IMG/VR virus record: IMGVR_UViG_3300005573_000064
Location: 32,001-96,000 of that record
Length of the DNA stretch: 64,000 nucleotides
From: a virus
Reading direction: 5' to 3' (one strand)
Positions 45,466 through 54,609 of the stretch are shown in pieces. Each line of letters opens with the position of its first letter. Position 1 is the stretch's first letter. Below the pieces are notes generated by a model that was given only the letters and a program-made list of their open reading frames with translations, made no database searches and was not told where the DNA came from. A program made the translations under genes and the position numbers.

Positions 45466-46914
45466 TCACAGAGCCCTTGTAACCGCAAGATTTATCTGAA
45501 TGTACTGAGTCTCACCATAGACCTGTACGAATATTACTATGTCCACCTCCTCGGTCCCAACGGAAACCGAGAAGTCATAGGAGCTTACATTGCCGAGACC
45601 CGCCAATGCGGAAGCCACCGCCTTGTATATCGAGTCCGGAGACATCGCGGGATTTCCAATCATCCGCTCCAAAGCGTTTTCAAGTCTGGCCGAGATGTCC
45701 ATCTTGACCTTGGCCACCAATGGATTCTCCCCGTTAGTAGGAGAGCTTCTCCAAGGGGAGAGGCCGTTCAGTATGAAGTTGTTGAATACGCAACAACTTG
45801 CGCCCAGAGTGTCCACCTGCGTCTTGTTCCAGTAGGGGTACATGTCGACAAGATGCGTGGGCTTGTTGGTCGGAGCCGAGGAGTGAGAGTTCCACAGCGC
45901 TGCGAAAGTGTATGAGAGCGGTGTTTGATATCCGTTAACCGGTGTCCGACTTTCAACGCCCCACCCCGGAACCAGGAACAGATGCTCGTCATTAAATCCC
46001 ATCCCCTGCAACGCATTGAATATGTCCGAAGCCGGAGAGGTCATGAAGTAGGAAGGGATTCCGGCTATCAGTCTGCAGTTGGGAGCGACATCAAACGAAT
46101 TGATATAAGACAAAGCCGAAGCCAGCGTTCCCGTGGCTGGATTACCCGCGATAAGAATGGTTCCTATGCTGTCAAGATCAAGCACCGAGAGGATGCTTGC
46201 GATAGTGGATTCGTTGATAACCCCGTTCGCCCCGCCAGTCGTATAATACGTGCCGACAGGTATTGACGGGTTTAAAACATTGCACGAAGCGGTGAGAGGA
46301 TGCCTATTGACATACGCATCCGTGTTTATATTATTAACCAGAGTCGTTCCATATTGAGGAAGAGTGTAAGTAACTTCTCCGGATCCGTAGCTGTCCAAAG
46401 GATACCATATGGTCATGGATGTAGGGGCCACCGTTATCGCTATTCCATTATATTTTGAGCCGCTATAGGGAGCCGTAAGAACAAGGTCCCCTATCGTAAC
46501 CGAGGCCACCGACCCGGGCGCCCTGAGCAACGCGGCATTGGTGACACCATACGAGGAGAGTATGTTATAAGCCACCACTATATTGTCATCGTCAGGAACT
46601 CTTGCGTACTTGAACAGGTAGTTGCCGCTAACTCCCGGCTGTCCGAAAGTGAAATACGACCCGGAGGATTGGAGAGTGAAATTATATAGCGGGTTCTGGA
46701 AAAGATAGGTCTCCACCTGCTGATATACGCTTATCAGCTCTCCCCACACCGGAAACTCCGTAGCCCCGGAGGATTGCATAGGGGTTATCAGTTGCCACTC
46801 CCGGTGCCACCACCCGTAAATATTCTCGGCCTGATAAAGGCTGCGGGGAATCTGGAGGGTTCCATCGGGACCGTCATCGGAAGACCCTAGTATGACAACA
46901 GGTAAAAAGCTCAA
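45466..46914 (-). CDS. Second, divergent tail-sheath-like protein
   Basis: Shares sheath motifs 'VILGSSDDGP...AENIYG', 'LTAPYSGSKYNGI', 'TTGGANG' and C-terminal 'VQVYGETQYIQINL'. Confidence 0.65.
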   Translation of the reverse strand: MSFLPVVILGSSDDGPDGTLQIPRSLYQAENIYGWWHREWQLITPMQSSGATEFPVWGELISVYQQVETYLFQNPLYNFTLQSSGSYFTFGQPGVSGNYLFKYARVPDDDNIVVAYNILSSYGVTNAALLRAPGSVASVTIGDLVLTAPYSGSKYNGIAITVAPTSMTIWYPLDSYGSGEVTYTLPQYGTTLVNNINTDAYVNRHPLTASCNVLNPSIPVGTYYTTGGANGVINESTIASILSVLDLDSIGTILIAGNPATGTLASALSYINSFDVAPNCRLIAGIPSYFMTSPASDIFNALQGMGFNDEHLFLVPGWGVESRTPVNGYQTPLSYTFAALWNSHSSAPTNKPTHLVDMYPYWNKTQVDTLGASCCVFNNFILNGLSPWRSSPTNGENPLVAKVKMDISARLENALERMIGNPAMSPDSIYKAVASALAGLGNVSSYDFSVSVGTEEVDIVIFVQVYGETQYIQINLAVTRAL

Positions 46915-46923
46915 TGTCCTCTC

Positions 46924-47511
46924 CTAAATCACTTTCTTAGGCGTCCACACGGATCCCAATTGAAGCATCCACTCCTCAAGATCCCCTATGGTGAAGTTGT
47001 ACGTATCGCATCCGCACCCGAAGAACACTATCTCTCTGTCACTGAATCCTATGGCTTCGTCCACTTGGTAGGCGTTTATAATCCTAATGGGTTTTCCGTA
47101 CTGTTCTATGAGAGGCGGCTCCACATCCCATTCAACCTCCAGATACAGGTCCTTTGACTTAGGATAGTAGTATCGGGGAGTGTATATTACGGTTCGAAAC
47201 TTCGCCAGATATCCGAAAAGGTCCATGGGACTTTGAGCGGCTCCGGCCCCGATAACCCTTCGAACCGCGTGCTTTTCATACTGAACCGAATAGCCCATTC
47301 CGAAACTCGTCTGGTCATCGGTATCGGGCGACCTTGTGGAAGGGTCATAGGACGTAGGGCTTGGAAATCTGGTGTCTCTTCTCACATACACAAGCCACAT
47401 TGGATGGTCGGTTATGAAGGAGTTGAAGGACTCCCTGAGGGCGGTTGACGGGGACAGCTCGAAGGGGTTTGAAGTAATACCGCTTTCAAGATTGAATATG
47501 TCCTTACTCAT
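46924..47511 (-). CDS. Putative head closure / neck protein
   Basis: Position between the adaptor-like gene and the tail genes; beta-rich, 195 aa. Confidence 0.5.
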   Translation of the reverse strand: MSKDIFNLESGITSNPFELSPSTALRESFNSFITDHPMWLVYVRRDTRFPSPTSYDPSTRSPDTDDQTSFGMGYSVQYEKHAVRRVIGAGAAQSPMDLFGYLAKFRTVIYTPRYYYPKSKDLYLEVEWDVEPPLIEQYGKPIRIINAYQVDEAIGFSDREIVFFGCGCDTYNFTIGDLEEWMLQLGSVWTPKKVI

Positions 47512-48043
47512 GAACTTTTCTCCTGAGTTTGACAGCGGTTCGCCACTTGCCTTTGACGGGCTTTCTCGATCCTATCGCCTCGGTCAACCATTCCGGTCTT
47601 TCAGTCTTGCACTTTACTTCTATGGTTCTCTTTATAAGGGGTATTATCACGCCATCCTTGTAGGAAAAAACGATATGCCTGTCGAGAGTCACCCTGACTC
47701 CGTTTTTCTCCCAGGCCGTGCGGTCGTAACTTGCGGTCAGCAAAGTCTCGACCTCCTTGAGTCTGGGATCTTCGGGGTCTATTTTCTCCCTGTGCTTTAT
47801 GGTCTTGTCTCCGACTCTTTTCTTTGTTTCATACCACAGGGAGGGGTCCCCAACGTAGCGTCTGAGGCGAAACTTCGTATCTCCTCGTCCTTGACTCCAC
47901 GTGCCGTTAGGATAGTCCAGATACTCCGTCCTTATCGAATAGGACTTGGGGGCGCCAAGATTCTTGTTAAGGGCCTTTTCCAGCTTATCCGTCTTTCCAA
48001 ACCTGTATCTTATTTCCTGTCTTGAAAAGTTTTTGGCTATCAT
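47504..48043 (-). CDS. VTC-domain (CYTH / triphosphate tunnel) protein
   Basis: 'YSIRTEYLD', 'KFRLRRY', 'YETKKRVGDKTIKHR', 'YDRTAW...VRVTLDRHI', 'IEVK' match the VTC/CYTH motif series. Confidence 0.75.
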   Translation of the reverse strand: MIAKNFSRQEIRYRFGKTDKLEKALNKNLGAPKSYSIRTEYLDYPNGTWSQGRGDTKFRLRRYVGDPSLWYETKKRVGDKTIKHREKIDPEDPRLKEVETLLTASYDRTAWEKNGVRVTLDRHIVFSYKDGVIIPLIKRTIEVKCKTERPEWLTEAIGSRKPVKGKWRTAVKLRRKVHE

Positions 48044-48098
48044 TACTTAAGTAATCCCCCTTTGACATCTTCCCGGATCCGCAAGTTTTTATATGTCG

Positions 48099-49658
48099 TC
48101 AGAAGGAGTCCCTCCGCATTCCCTGCATCGAAAAGTCGGTTGAACGTTGCCATACCGGCCACTGCGAGGACTTTCTAGCGGTGCGAGGTCTGGCTCTATG
48201 CCTTGAGAACTCCGCAAGCCATGCCGTGGCCAGCTTCCTCTGGTTGGCTATCTCATCCGATAGCTGCTTTAGCAAATTGGAACTTTGACTTTCCTCGTAG
48301 TCCCCCAGTCTTTTTCTCTGGTCCACGGACTCCAGGAGTTCGTAATATCTGGTGGTAAGCACTCGAACAGCGGCTTCATGCTCGACCCACCGTTCCATCG
48401 CATACCCGACAATGAAAACCTGACCTCTGACCTGGGTCTCGGTTGGCCCCCCGATAAGAGGGTTGTAGTACAAAATCCAGTTTCTGTTTACATCAAGCGA
48501 AACTCTGTATATTTGAAAGTTCAGGATATCGTCCGGAACGTTTATAAGAAACTTGCCGAAGTTGGCCCTAAGAACATTCAGGCCCAGATACATCGGGCTG
48601 TATTTGGAAGTGAAGTACGCGCTCCAAGGTGCGACCAACTGATTTCCGTATATGTCGGCAAGGGGAGGATTCAGCCAAATAACGTAGCGACTGTTTGTAA
48701 CTATGTTATCCGTAATATTTATGTATAACATAGTTCCGCTTGCAGTCACATTTATATTCGGATACGTCCTTGAGGAGTCGGGCCATCCGTCCACCGACTC
48801 TCGCGTGACATACACCGTGGAGGAGTTAACAGTGTTTGGATCCACCGGGGAGCTGAACTGCAGCATTATAGGCGGATAAGAGGATTGGTTGGACAGTCCG
48901 CTATTGGCGCCTATCCAACTGTTAATTTGGAACGGCACGGCTTGCGGATATGTCTGCTCGGTACTTGGACTAGGCTGTAGGAATGTCCCATAGTACCAGA
49001 CAAAAGGATCGGACCATTCTCCGACTCCGCTTCCAGCATCGGTGTAATACTCGCCCCTTACTCTCCAGAAGTAGTGCTGTCCGGGGTTTAGATAAACACC
49101 GGGCATCGCACTGGTGGCTGTCGTTAGCGTGGACCATCCGACACTGCTTACCGACTGAAACGCCACGGTCCTGTCGAGCTCCACTCTGTACATCAGGGAG
49201 CCAGTCCCCCCGGTGGTGGACACTGATATCGCGGACCAGCTAAACGGGCCCACCGTGGAGGTGGATGTGTAATTGGCAGGCTCCAGTAGCGTAACCTGCG
49301 GAATTTCACTCTGAGATACGACAAAAACAAATGACCTGTTAGCCGTTGCGGTACGGCCCTGACTGGATTGAATCGTGCTCAGTATCGTCACCTGATATGA
49401 CGATCCAGGGTTTAAGGGTTCAACCGGAGTGAAGGTCAGCCAACGATTCTGATAGCTTATAAAATGAACAGGTATGGTGCTATCGGTGCTTTCCTCCACC
49501 AGTATTATCTGCTGGTTCAGTTTTTCGTCCGAGTTTATAAGATCGACTAACAGGTCAATATTGAACTGAACCGAAATTTGAGGCTGAGTTCCCACATATG
49601 GAGTTAGAATATTGGGCTCCATGTATATTGGAGCCGGAAAGAAATCAGTGAGCCTCAT
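48099..49658 (-). CDS. Ig-like/FN3 domain virion protein with a C-terminal head-tail adaptor-like region
   Basis: Big_5-like 'LTFTPVEPLNPGSSYQVTI' and 'LQFSSPVDPNTV', FN3-like 'YFWRVR...GEWS'; helical C-terminus; first gene after the MCP. Confidence 0.7.
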   Translation of the reverse strand: MRLTDFFPAPIYMEPNILTPYVGTQPQISVQFNIDLLVDLINSDEKLNQQIILVEESTDSTIPVHFISYQNRWLTFTPVEPLNPGSSYQVTILSTIQSSQGRTATANRSFVFVVSQSEIPQVTLLEPANYTSTSTVGPFSWSAISVSTTGGTGSLMYRVELDRTVAFQSVSSVGWSTLTTATSAMPGVYLNPGQHYFWRVRGEYYTDAGSGVGEWSDPFVWYYGTFLQPSPSTEQTYPQAVPFQINSWIGANSGLSNQSSYPPIMLQFSSPVDPNTVNSSTVYVTRESVDGWPDSSRTYPNINVTASGTMLYINITDNIVTNSRYVIWLNPPLADIYGNQLVAPWSAYFTSKYSPMYLGLNVLRANFGKFLINVPDDILNFQIYRVSLDVNRNWILYYNPLIGGPTETQVRGQVFIVGYAMERWVEHEAAVRVLTTRYYELLESVDQRKRLGDYEESQSSNLLKQLSDEIANQRKLATAWLAEFSRHRARPRTARKSSQWPVWQRSTDFSMQGMRRDSF

Positions 49659-49744
49659 TCAAATCCCCTTAAGGAGGGGTACGGTTTCCGCACCCCGCCA
49701 TTTAATCTCGCCCTTCAGTCGAAAACGTTCTTAATTGATCTCAA

Positions 49745-50902
49745 TTAAGAAGGTGTGACTGTCAGGAAGCCTCCGGGAGGAGCCCAGTTCTGGTCTATAC
49801 GAACATTATTGATGACCGCGATCGACCTGCCTCCGTTGATCGCATTAACCCCATAGCGCTCGCGCACTTTAAGATTAAGCAGATCTCTGCGCGGATCCTC
49901 GAACTGATCCGTCTCCATCGGGTCTCTCTGCAGAACGACTATTCCGTGATTTCTGTCCACGACATATATGGAGGTCACGTTACAGGCTGCGAGCGAAGAG
50001 GCCGGTCCGTTGTTCAGAACAGTGTTGTAGCTGAACGGCACAAACGGGCTGACTTGGTACGCAATTTGCCACGGCACGTTTACAGACTGATCAAAGGCCG
50101 GGAGGCTGCTCCAGACGGACTGTCCGATCTGGCCTTGCGTGAACATAACGTTGCGGAGAATCGGATCCTTCGCGAACACCGCCCATGACAGAGGATGCAT
50201 TATGATATCGGTGGGGACATACTCGTTCGCAACGAGCGCACCCATCGCATCGATAATATCATCATAAGTCGCGGAATAGTTAAAGGATTGATTGTACGCC
50301 CGACCATGGGTCCACAGGGCTGGATTCGTGGTGTTGTTATCAAACACCTTGTGTCCCACCTGCTGGAAGGTGTTGAAGATCTTCTCCTCCTTGTGTCGGA
50401 GCATCGCGTATCCCGCACTCTCCAGGTAGAGAGCCACCAGATCCCACATGGAATCCTTGATAAGGTCTTCGCCAAGGGATACCATCAGACCGACTTTGTT
50501 CACCTTGATTTCAACCAGCTCCTCGGTGAAGGACGCCATCTGTTCTCGGTATTCCGAGGTATCGGCCATATCAAACGCTCTCATTGCGCCCATGGCCGGA
50601 AACTCGATGGAACGCACGTTATCAATTTGAATTGTACGACTGAGCAGCGTTTGCCCAATCATAAGCGGCTCTTTAGGTCTAATTAGAACATCCGATATAA
50701 CTTTCGGGAAGAGAATGGAAAAGTCGGCCGCCCTCACAGCTTCCTCCATAGGAATGCGAGGACCCCTGTAGCTACCATCCGTTCTCAGCATGTTATTCAG
50801 GACCGCTATGTTATTCTCCATTTCCTGGGGATCGATACCGCCACGCTCCCTTGTCTTGGTAGCCACATAGTCTCTTAGTATCTCTGAAAATTTTTGAGGC
50901 AT
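49745..50902 (-). CDS. Major capsid protein (HK97 fold)
   Basis: 385 aa; 'KVGLMVSLGEDLIKDSMWDL', 'PTDIIMHPLSW', 'DPRRDLLNLKVRERYG'; downstream of the protease and cement genes; strong AAGGAG. Confidence 0.9.
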   Translation of the reverse strand: MPQKFSEILRDYVATKTRERGGIDPQEMENNIAVLNNMLRTDGSYRGPRIPMEEAVRAADFSILFPKVISDVLIRPKEPLMIGQTLLSRTIQIDNVRSIEFPAMGAMRAFDMADTSEYREQMASFTEELVEIKVNKVGLMVSLGEDLIKDSMWDLVALYLESAGYAMLRHKEEKIFNTFQQVGHKVFDNNTTNPALWTHGRAYNQSFNYSATYDDIIDAMGALVANEYVPTDIIMHPLSWAVFAKDPILRNVMFTQGQIGQSVWSSLPAFDQSVNVPWQIAYQVSPFVPFSYNTVLNNGPASSLAACNVTSIYVVDRNHGIVVLQRDPMETDQFEDPRRDLLNLKVRERYGVNAINGGRSIAVINNVRIDQNWAPPGGFLTVTPS

Positions 50903-50950
50903 TGTTTTCTCCTTATGCCACTCGGAAACCGTACGTTTCCCTAAGCTGGC

Positions 50951-52207
50951 TTAATATATAATGCATCTCAGGGAACCAATAACCCCTGCGATTTCCAAGT
51001 TGGCCGGTGTTCCTGGCACTCCGGAATACGTACCGTCAGTCAGTCCGATCACGCCAGGATTAAAGAGTCGACCGTCTCGGTAAGAGGTTTCAAAGCTGTA
51101 GCTTACGGTAACCGCGTTTACCACGACATTGTTAGAGAAGTACAGATCTCCCGTAACCGAGTTAATCTGATAATACTGTCCCATGGTGTAATCCACCATA
51201 GGCATATCGGACGTGGACATGACAGTTCCGTTAAGTGGTGTCACGGACCCATCAGGATTGACCTGGGAACCGGTGACCGTAACGGTGATGTTAACCCATG
51301 GCGCGATAGGAACGTTGTTGAGACGATACCAGTTAACGCCCACCTGGGTTGGCACTTCGTTATTGATAGCCGTAGTTGGAACTCTCAGCAATTGCGGAGG
51401 ATACTCCCACGCCAGGAAGTTATCGGTAACCCACTCCAACCATCCTGACAGGTGGTGTGCCGAGGAAATGGGCTCTATGCGAATCACCTCGCCCGCTATC
51501 TGGGCCGGCCCCTGTCCGAACGTGAACACGACAGTGTTCACCGCATTGGCGAAGGTTGCGGTCCAGCAATTCAGCGAGGTATTCCATGCAAGGCTCGCTC
51601 CGGTGGTGTACACCGTGCCGGCATTCATCGCGAAGATAATCTGCGGAGTGAACGCGGGATAGTTCGCTGACAGAAGATTCACTGTGGTTGAGGCCGTGCC
51701 GATATTCTGGCAATACACCTGCTTCTCAACCCACGCCACGATCTTGCCTTTGTCATTCGGGACGGGATTGGTGCTGGTGGCCGACCCGTAGTACGCGGTG
51801 ATCTTTTGACCTGCGGCCAGGGTTCCGTACGCTCCGTTGATAGCCTGAACATAAGGAAGCTCGATAAAGTCCTGTCTGTTCATGTTGGGCATCCACTGCT
51901 CCTTCTCCTGCCACTGTCTGAAGATATTGACCTCGGTGTAGCCTTGAGGATGATTGCTCACCCCATCAGCTATGGTAAGAACGGCAAGCCCCGTGTACGA
52001 GGAGGTGTCCGGTCTTACGGCTATGATGCGCCCCCTGGGTATGACTATCTGGTCCGTGCTAGGATACCTAGGGTCAGTGCCTAGTGGAATTAAGTTCGGA
52101 TCGACCGTCCACTCCTCCGCAGGGGACAGCATCCCTGAGATTTTAACATCGGAGGTCCACTGCCGACCTTGGAAGCTTTCGGCTCCGCCTAAAACTGTAT
52201 ATGCCAT
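50951..52207 (-). CDS. Putative capsid cement/decoration protein
   Basis: Beta-rich, 418 aa, between the protease/scaffold gene and the MCP; 'IVIPRGRIIAV', 'GVIGLTDG'. Confidence 0.6.
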   Translation of the reverse strand: MAYTVLGGAESFQGRQWTSDVKISGMLSPAEEWTVDPNLIPLGTDPRYPSTDQIVIPRGRIIAVRPDTSSYTGLAVLTIADGVSNHPQGYTEVNIFRQWQEKEQWMPNMNRQDFIELPYVQAINGAYGTLAAGQKITAYYGSATSTNPVPNDKGKIVAWVEKQVYCQNIGTASTTVNLLSANYPAFTPQIIFAMNAGTVYTTGASLAWNTSLNCWTATFANAVNTVVFTFGQGPAQIAGEVIRIEPISSAHHLSGWLEWVTDNFLAWEYPPQLLRVPTTAINNEVPTQVGVNWYRLNNVPIAPWVNITVTVTGSQVNPDGSVTPLNGTVMSTSDMPMVDYTMGQYYQINSVTGDLYFSNNVVVNAVTVSYSFETSYRDGRLFNPGVIGLTDGTYSGVPGTPANLEIAGVIGSLRCIIY

Positions 52208-52255
52208 CTGATTTTCTCCTTGAGGCCTTATGCGAAGGCCATCATTACGTTGCCA

Positions 52256-53875
52256 TTAGGCAGCGGGTGTCGCTGAATCCGTTGAAGGTTTGCTAATCAC
52301 TCTAAAGTATGCGTAGACACTATCGGAGGGGGTTTCCTCTATGTCTCCTACCGTACCTAGGTCTTTGCTCTCCTCAACGAGTTTTTCCGTGGCGGCTTGA
52401 GCCGCCTGAGTTTCGTCAGTTTTAATAACAGGGGAAGCGACCTTCTCAACACGTGTGATATCCACGGGAGCGGAATCCCCAAACTCCGCCAAAAGATCCT
52501 CCAAAGTATCCTCCAATGAATGCGTGGTCCGCTTTCGCAACTCCTTGGCGAACTCCTCGGTGGTCTTGTTCCTGCTTACAGCCTTTCTTAGAATCTTCGA
52601 TAGAATAGCCACTTCCATAGCTAACCTTTTGTGAGAGGTGTTAGCCAGTTCAAGACATTTATCCTCGAAGGAAGCTATCTGTTCTTTGTAGCTGGCGATC
52701 TCCAGTAGCAACGACTCTTTGACTTTTTGGAGACTTTCAAGGGTTTCAGTAACACCGGTCGCCCCTCCCTCCGCCACAGTATTGGAGATCGCGCTTGTCT
52801 CCACTTCCGGTTTTTTCATATTCGACTCCTTTAGTGTTATATCCGAATTCTCGGATTCAAGATCGGTCTCATTATTCTCACCGTTCTTGTTGTCGGTATT
52901 CTCCACGCCAGCTTCCTGAGACTGTACGGAAGACAAACTCTCGGATGCGACCAATGACGAAGAGATATTTGGTTTAATCGGGGAGGGTTCGCTATTAACG
53001 CCAATAGCATCATCCTCCATTCCCTTAATCGAACTCTTTGCCGCCACCGGAGGGGTCCCGGCTTGAGCGACTATGGTCCTAGGGGGCGGCACGTCCTTGT
53101 TTCTGTTCCAGCTTTCCTTGATAAGTGCGAACCGTTCCTCCTTTCCCTTTATGGATATATCCCCGTCCCGCAGGCTTCTGACTCCCAGAAGAGGGATACT
53201 CTCGTTCTGCGTGGAGGACTTGCTTATAACTCTGGCCGTGGTGTCGCTTGGAATAGTCACAAACGATATCTCCTCGAACCACACCGGACCGATAACTCTA
53301 TAGCACTCCTTGGGCGTTCCATCTATGATATAAATGTTTCCCGGTATGTGCGTGCAGGAATCGTTCGCACCCTCCTCGGCACCGCATATGGAGCATTTCA
53401 CCGATGAGGTCTCAATGCCTATTGACACCGTTAGAAATCTCTCGGATAATATCATCTGAATCGCATACGGGTCACTTATCTCGGGAACCACGGAGACGTA
53501 TCCACCACCCCCTCCGTCACTTACGAACTTTGCGTACTTGACTCGGCCATATACTGGAGAGGTGTCTCCGCCCAGCATTCCCGGGACGGCATTGTGGTCC
53601 TTTATTATGGGTTTGGGATAGGGTTCAAGCAGACTGTATATTCCGTTTCCAATCGCGCTATCGCCTATGAGGCTCTCGGCAGGGTAGTATGTTTTATTAC
53701 GTGTGACTCTTGCAGCGGTTATCACTCTTATCTCAGGATATATGGCGTCAATATCGCCCTTGTATTCCTCAAGTAATTTTCTTGCGTGCCCTCCGGATTG
53801 GGGCGACATAAGAGTCGATTCGACTATTTGTATTCTTCCCATTAGTTCCTCTCCAAGGAGATGTCTCCTTTTCAT
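52256..53875 (-). CDS. Prohead protease with a C-terminal scaffold-like region
   Basis: 'KPIIKDHN', 'YGRV', 'RFLTVSIG...CSICG...CTH', 'FEEISFVTIPSD'; acidic coiled-coil C-terminus. Confidence 0.85.
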   Translation of the reverse strand: MKRRHLLGEELMGRIQIVESTLMSPQSGGHARKLLEEYKGDIDAIYPEIRVITAARVTRNKTYYPAESLIGDSAIGNGIYSLLEPYPKPIIKDHNAVPGMLGGDTSPVYGRVKYAKFVSDGGGGGYVSVVPEISDPYAIQMILSERFLTVSIGIETSSVKCSICGAEEGANDSCTHIPGNIYIIDGTPKECYRVIGPVWFEEISFVTIPSDTTARVISKSSTQNESIPLLGVRSLRDGDISIKGKEERFALIKESWNRNKDVPPPRTIVAQAGTPPVAAKSSIKGMEDDAIGVNSEPSPIKPNISSSLVASESLSSVQSQEAGVENTDNKNGENNETDLESENSDITLKESNMKKPEVETSAISNTVAEGGATGVTETLESLQKVKESLLLEIASYKEQIASFEDKCLELANTSHKRLAMEVAILSKILRKAVSRNKTTEEFAKELRKRTTHSLEDTLEDLLAEFGDSAPVDITRVEKVASPVIKTDETQAAQAATEKLVEESKDLGTVGDIEETPSDSVYAYFRVISKPSTDSATPAA

Positions 53876-54180
53876 CAGTTCCTGTTGAAATTCTCACGCT
53901 CCGCTAGTAAAAGCTCGGCTTTGGCTAGTTTTACTGAAAGATCAAGATTGTCTTTTTGAAGTTGCAGAATATTAGCTCTCAGTCTGTCGATTTCATCTCT
54001 AAGGTTTTTTATTTCAATCCACAGCTCACCTGTCAATTTGGCTCTATCTTCTATCTCAGCAACTTCAATAGCGGCATTCGACTCTCTAAGCTTCTCACCC
54101 CTTACGATTACTCTGCCAAGAAGGAACACGGTTATGGTACTGACCACCGAGGCCAAGGCGGGCAAGTAATCTCTTATCAT
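53875..54180 (-). CDS. Small membrane-anchored coiled-coil protein (holin/lysis-like)
   Basis: N-terminal TM helix followed by a heptad coiled coil. Confidence 0.5.
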   Translation of the reverse strand: MIRDYLPALASVVSTITVFLLGRVIVRGEKLRESNAAIEVAEIEDRAKLTGELWIEIKNLRDEIDRLRANILQLQKDNLDLSVKLAKAELLLAERENFNRN

Positions 54181-54198
54181 TATCCCCTCCCCCCGCTA

Positions 54199-54609
54199 TT
54201 AAATATTTCTTTGCAATCTCTCCAATATTTTCGTAAGCCTTAGATATACCAATCCGGAGGATAATACAAAAGTGAGGGAGAGAATGGCGAACATGTCATG
54301 TCTGCGCCATATCGCCACGGTTAGGTATGTCCATAGAGCGCACGAGACCAGAGAACTCACTCTTCTTAATTTCAGTTCACCGAAGGAAAGGCCGATGAAA
54401 TGCAATATCGCGATTGCAAACACCACAAGGGTTAATAGCTCAAGCCCGAATATCTTAGGGGTCACCAGATAGAGGGAACTGTTGGGCGGGGCGAGCCCAA
54501 AGAGGAGAAACACCGCTAACAGTATTATAGCCAAAATGGATTGAAGCTCTGCAATTTCTATATCCCAATAGTACAGGAGGTTCCTTACTAATCCTCTGAT
54601 ACGTTGCAT
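54199..54609 (-). CDS. Small 4-TM membrane protein (holin-like)
   Basis: Four hydrophobic segments in 136 aa; basic C-terminus. Confidence 0.5.
   Translation of the reverse strand: MQRIRGLVRNLLYYWDIEIAELQSILAIILLAVFLLFGLAPPNSSLYLVTPKIFGLELLTLVVFAIAILHFIGLSFGELKLRRVSSLVSCALWTYLTVAIWRRHDMFAILSLTFVLSSGLVYLRLTKILERLQRNI

Noticed and set aside
884-46914. Extracellular contractile injection system or tailocin
   Set aside because: Terminase, portal, protease and major capsid genes are present in the same operon, so this is a phage.
49676-52225. Small hairpins between the head genes (about 49676-49696, 50924-50940, 52224-52240) as terminators
   Set aside because: They lack clear U-tracts on the coding strand; they could be mRNA-stabilising hairpins, but the support is too weak to call.
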